From NCBI RefSeq assembly GCF_000281045.1, contig NW_008246096.1, forward strand, positions 287,727-348,454: 60,728 nt of DNA, written 5' to 3'. How positions within the stretch are numbered: position 1 is the stretch's first letter; every line of letters begins with the position of its first letter. Below the pieces are notes generated by a model. The model worked only from the letters and a program-made list of their open reading frames with translations, was not told the DNA's origin and did no database searches. The stretch comes from Saprolegnia diclina VS20 (Eukaryota). Position numbers and translations under genes: made by a program. Positions 57,869 through 60,728 of the stretch are shown piece after piece.

Positions 57869-59066
57869 CTAGGTCACTGTTAGGTAGCCTTCGTGCGTGA
57901 TGCGGGCGACGCTCTCTGTCGCCTTGCGGGACGCAACAACAGCCTCATACCCGTGACCTGAAAGCTATTTTGCCCATGCGCCATCAAAATAGAGCGCAAA
58001 GCATTTCGTCATAACGTTACCTGAAGCGTGAGCTCGATGCACGCAAGGACGTCGTGGCTGCTGCCAAAGTAGGGTGTGAGCTGCGTTAGGCTCGACGCGT
58101 ACACTGCGTGCGCTGCAACGTAGGCGGCTTGGGCGTAGTAGACTTGGAACGCCAGATACCGGACAGGCCATGCCGGGTCCATGGGCACGGGCGACAGCGG
58201 CGAGTGGCGTTGGAACTGAATATAGCCCCACTTCTCGGGCATGTGCATGGCGATTTGGCCCTGGGGACTCCAGACCCAGTTGTCCTCGCTGAGTCCCGGA
58301 ATTTTCTCGTAGTGGCCGTCGACAATCTGCACAATGTACTCGACACGGGAAAAGTTGATACGCCAAAAACTGTGATCGGTCGGCGGCACGCGCGCCGTCG
58401 TCCCGGCCACAAGGCCGGCAAGGGGCAGCGCGACCTCGGCCGTCCAATACTTGAGCCGTTGGTCTACTGCAACATCAATATCCGGTCATCGTTTGTCGTC
58501 GCGATCGTACTCGGGTGGTTGGGCGACCCTTTCATGTACACGCCCGAGCGCAGGCCGAATGGAAGCAAGTCAAAGCCAAAGCGCGGGTCGACGCGCGTGC
58601 TGTTCTCGTGGCCATTGTCGCGGTACGGCTTGTTGAGAAGGAGATTCCATGTCGTGTTGATCGCGTTCATTTCAAACTCCTTGTAGTTGTGCGTCGAGCC
58701 CGTCGCGTCGACAAACATTTCGAAATCGTTGTCGTAAAAAATGACCTCGTTGCGCGTCGTGACGTTGGCCCACACCTCTGTCTCCTCCATGTGCGCGCCA
58801 ACGTAGAGGAATCCGTCGTCGTAGCGCATCTTGATGCGTGTTTGAAACCACGGCGCCGCAAACGTCTCGCCGCGAATGTCGACGAAGGGCTCGGACCACG
58901 GCACGTTGGCCCAGCCAGCGTCGTCGAGCTGGCCGTCCACGTCCAGGACTGCGCCGTCGAGGTGCTGGACGGCGTACCGCCGCGGGTAGCTGCTCTCAAA
59001 GGTGCATGCGCTCGGTACTGCGCCGGCGACAACCGCCGCCAGCATCAAGAGGCGAAAGGCGACCAT
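57869..59066 (-). CDS. Secreted carbohydrate-binding family 9-like (CBM9/DOMON-like) protein, 2 introns
   Basis: Signal peptide MVAFRLLMLAAVVAGA; VDGQLDDAGW, FVDIRG, KMRYDDGFLYVGA, DNDFEMFVD, YKEFEMNAINTTW, WRINFSRV, NWVWSPQG..MHMPEKWGYIQF. Confidence 0.85.
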
Positions 59067-59503
59067 GGATCGAAAAATGAGGTCGGATTTGATTGGCGAA
59101 TTTTGACACGTTGGATCCTCTTGAGTTGACAAGCGCACAGGACATTCGAACGCGAGCCACTGGGTCGCCTGCCTCGTAGCACAGGCGGTCATCAATCTTA
59201 TATCTTCATCTAGGATTCATAGCTCGATCGTCGAGTGTTATTGTTGCTCCAGAGCCTCCGGCAGGTTGGACCTGCTAACAGCAAGTCCTTCCTTCGTCTA
59301 AAATCACGCCATTTGTTGAAAATATTAACCTCGTTGTATGATAAGATTTGATGAAAACGCCGTCGACAGAGCGTATACAGAAATGAGGTAGCGTTGCGTG
59401 CAGGTCGACAATCATGTCGGTTCCGTGGAAGTCCGGCGCGGCGGTGGTTGGCCGCGTATCCGGATGTGCAATCTCGGAGCGCGTGCCATAGAAGCTCGCA
59501 ACA

Positions 59504-59980
59504 ATGAACGCGTTTGGTGGCGCTGCGACGACGACCCGGCCGCCGGAGAAGGGCGCGTTCCCGCTGGACCACTACGGCGAATGCAAAGAGCAGATCAAGG
59601 TAGACGTCGTGGCTATGTGCTCTTGCTCATGCTTGCGCAGGTCTACTTGGCGTGCCTCCGCGAGAAGAGCAACAACCACATCGATTGCAAGCACCTCTCG
59701 CAGCAGTACCTTCAGTGCCGCATGGACAAGTAGCGCTGCAGCTACCTCTCGACTAGTCGCTGAGCTGGAATGCGTAGGGGTCTCATGCAGCCCGAGAACC
59801 TCGAGAAGCTTGGCTTTGACGAAAAGAGCTACAAGACAGGCCGCGCCCGGTCGTTCGAGGGCAAGCGCGAGAGTACGACGCTGCGCCACCAGACTGCACA
59901 CCGAGGCTTATGCTATCATTGTAGAGGAAGGCTTCGTCGCCGGCACTGGCATCAAGGCAATGCCAACACCCAAGAATTAA
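59504..59980 (+). CDS. COX19: Cytochrome c oxidase assembly protein COX19 (3 introns)
   Basis: RPPEKGAFPLDHYGECKEQIK|VYLACLREKSNNHIDCKHLSQQYLQCRMDK|GLM; twin CX9C motif plus the PPEKGxFPLDH signature. Confidence 0.93.
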   Translation: MNAFGGAATTTRPPEKGAFPLDHYGECKEQIKVDVVAMCSCSCLRRSTWRASARRATTTSIASTSRSSTFSAAWTSSAAATSRLVAELECVGVSCSPRTSRSLALTKRATRQAAPGRSRASARVRRCATRLHTEAYAIIVEEGFVAGTGIKAMPTPKN

Positions 59981-60472
59981 CGCAATTTACGAGTAGAGCG
60001 CACGTAGTCTCGTTCGTTGTTGCATCGCTCGTTGTCCGCCTGACTACGCCCTTCGTGCAGGGTCGATACTGTGTGCTTTACATGCACGTTGCTCTGCGGG
60101 TGGCGCGACGCGGTCTTCTGCAGCGTGTTCATCCGTGGGCCGTTGGACCGTTTAGGGTCCACTACGTTGTTTCTTCCAGCTAGCAGCCACGTGGGAGTTG
60201 GGCATGCATAGCTTTCGCTCGTGTAGGCGTCCAACATTGCAGCAGCCACCTGCATATTGCCGTGACGCAGTGAGCACACTTGACGGCCGGATGGTGTTGA
60301 TGTCTTCTCGCTTGCTGGTTACGAGCACACAATGGAGCCTATCTGCTCGTAAACAGCTTGAGAATGCGTGCAGTAAAAGGACCTCTTGCTCGAAGCTCGA
60401 TGGAATTGCAGCTACCCTTCGAGCGCGGTCGCCGTAGAGGCGTACGAGGGGAGTCTTTGCTCGAGCAGCCAT
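59977..60472 (-). CDS. Possible small hypothetical gene
   Basis: TCATTTTG Inr-like element abuts ATG 60472; two overlapping short ORFs could be joined by splicing; no recognisable domain. Confidence 0.2.
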
Positions 60473-60728
60473 CAAAATGATTTATAGCCAACCTCAGCGC
60501 CTCTCTCGCTCAAGTCCAAGCTCACTGCCGACAACACCATGTACCGCAGTGTCCTGCATCGGCTACTGACTAGCGCCAACCGGCCTTCGACGTGCCCCGT
60601 AGCCCAAACCGACGGTGTCCTTGCCGTAACATACGAGCAATGACGTGGCAGCTCCCTGACGACATCACGTAGTTCGGTGCCAAAACGAGTTGTTGTATAT
60701 TTAAAGAAGAATAATGAAGAGAGTGCGA

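Noticed and set aside
1..60728. CRISPR arrays, rRNA/tRNA genes, transposase or reverse transcriptase ORFs, prokaryotic operons
   Set aside because: None detected; the sequence is intron-containing eukaryotic DNA, and its repeats are paralogous genes or simple repeats.

Overview
Eukaryotic, gene-dense, GC-rich DNA with many short GT-AG introns, oomycete-type core promoter elements and a flagellar dynein-docking gene. It is most consistent with an oomycete, probably Saprolegniales (inference). About 27 genes can be reconstructed by hand, in order: a long-form Cys/Met PLP enzyme (partial), ATG17-like, NF-YB-like, four tandem multi-TM/Cys-rich/LRR genes, ODA-DC (CCDC63/114-like), DOLPP1, a P-loop kinase-2H phosphoesterase fusion, YAE1, three inositol-polyphosphate 4-phosphatase paralogs, a glycosyltransferase, a DTD2/ATD-like deacylase convergent with a YbaK-type editing protein, an ankyrin-FYVE protein, a Furry/MOR2-like protein, a tiny FN3-CaaX protein, eIF4G, two MAPEG paralogs, a CBM9-like secreted protein and COX19. 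The most interesting items are the TM-LRR receptor-like array (copy 1 has a G8 frameshift just after its ATG; copy 4 has lost its terminal Cys module), the adjacent pair of tRNA-proofreading genes including a supposedly animal-restricted ATD type, the kinase-2H RNA end-healing candidate, and the INPP4 triplet whose convergent pair forms a near-perfect inverted repeat. Gene spans include introns and splice sites were inferred by eye. All family calls come from motif recognition, not database searches. No rRNA, tRNA, CRISPR array or recognisable transposon was seen.
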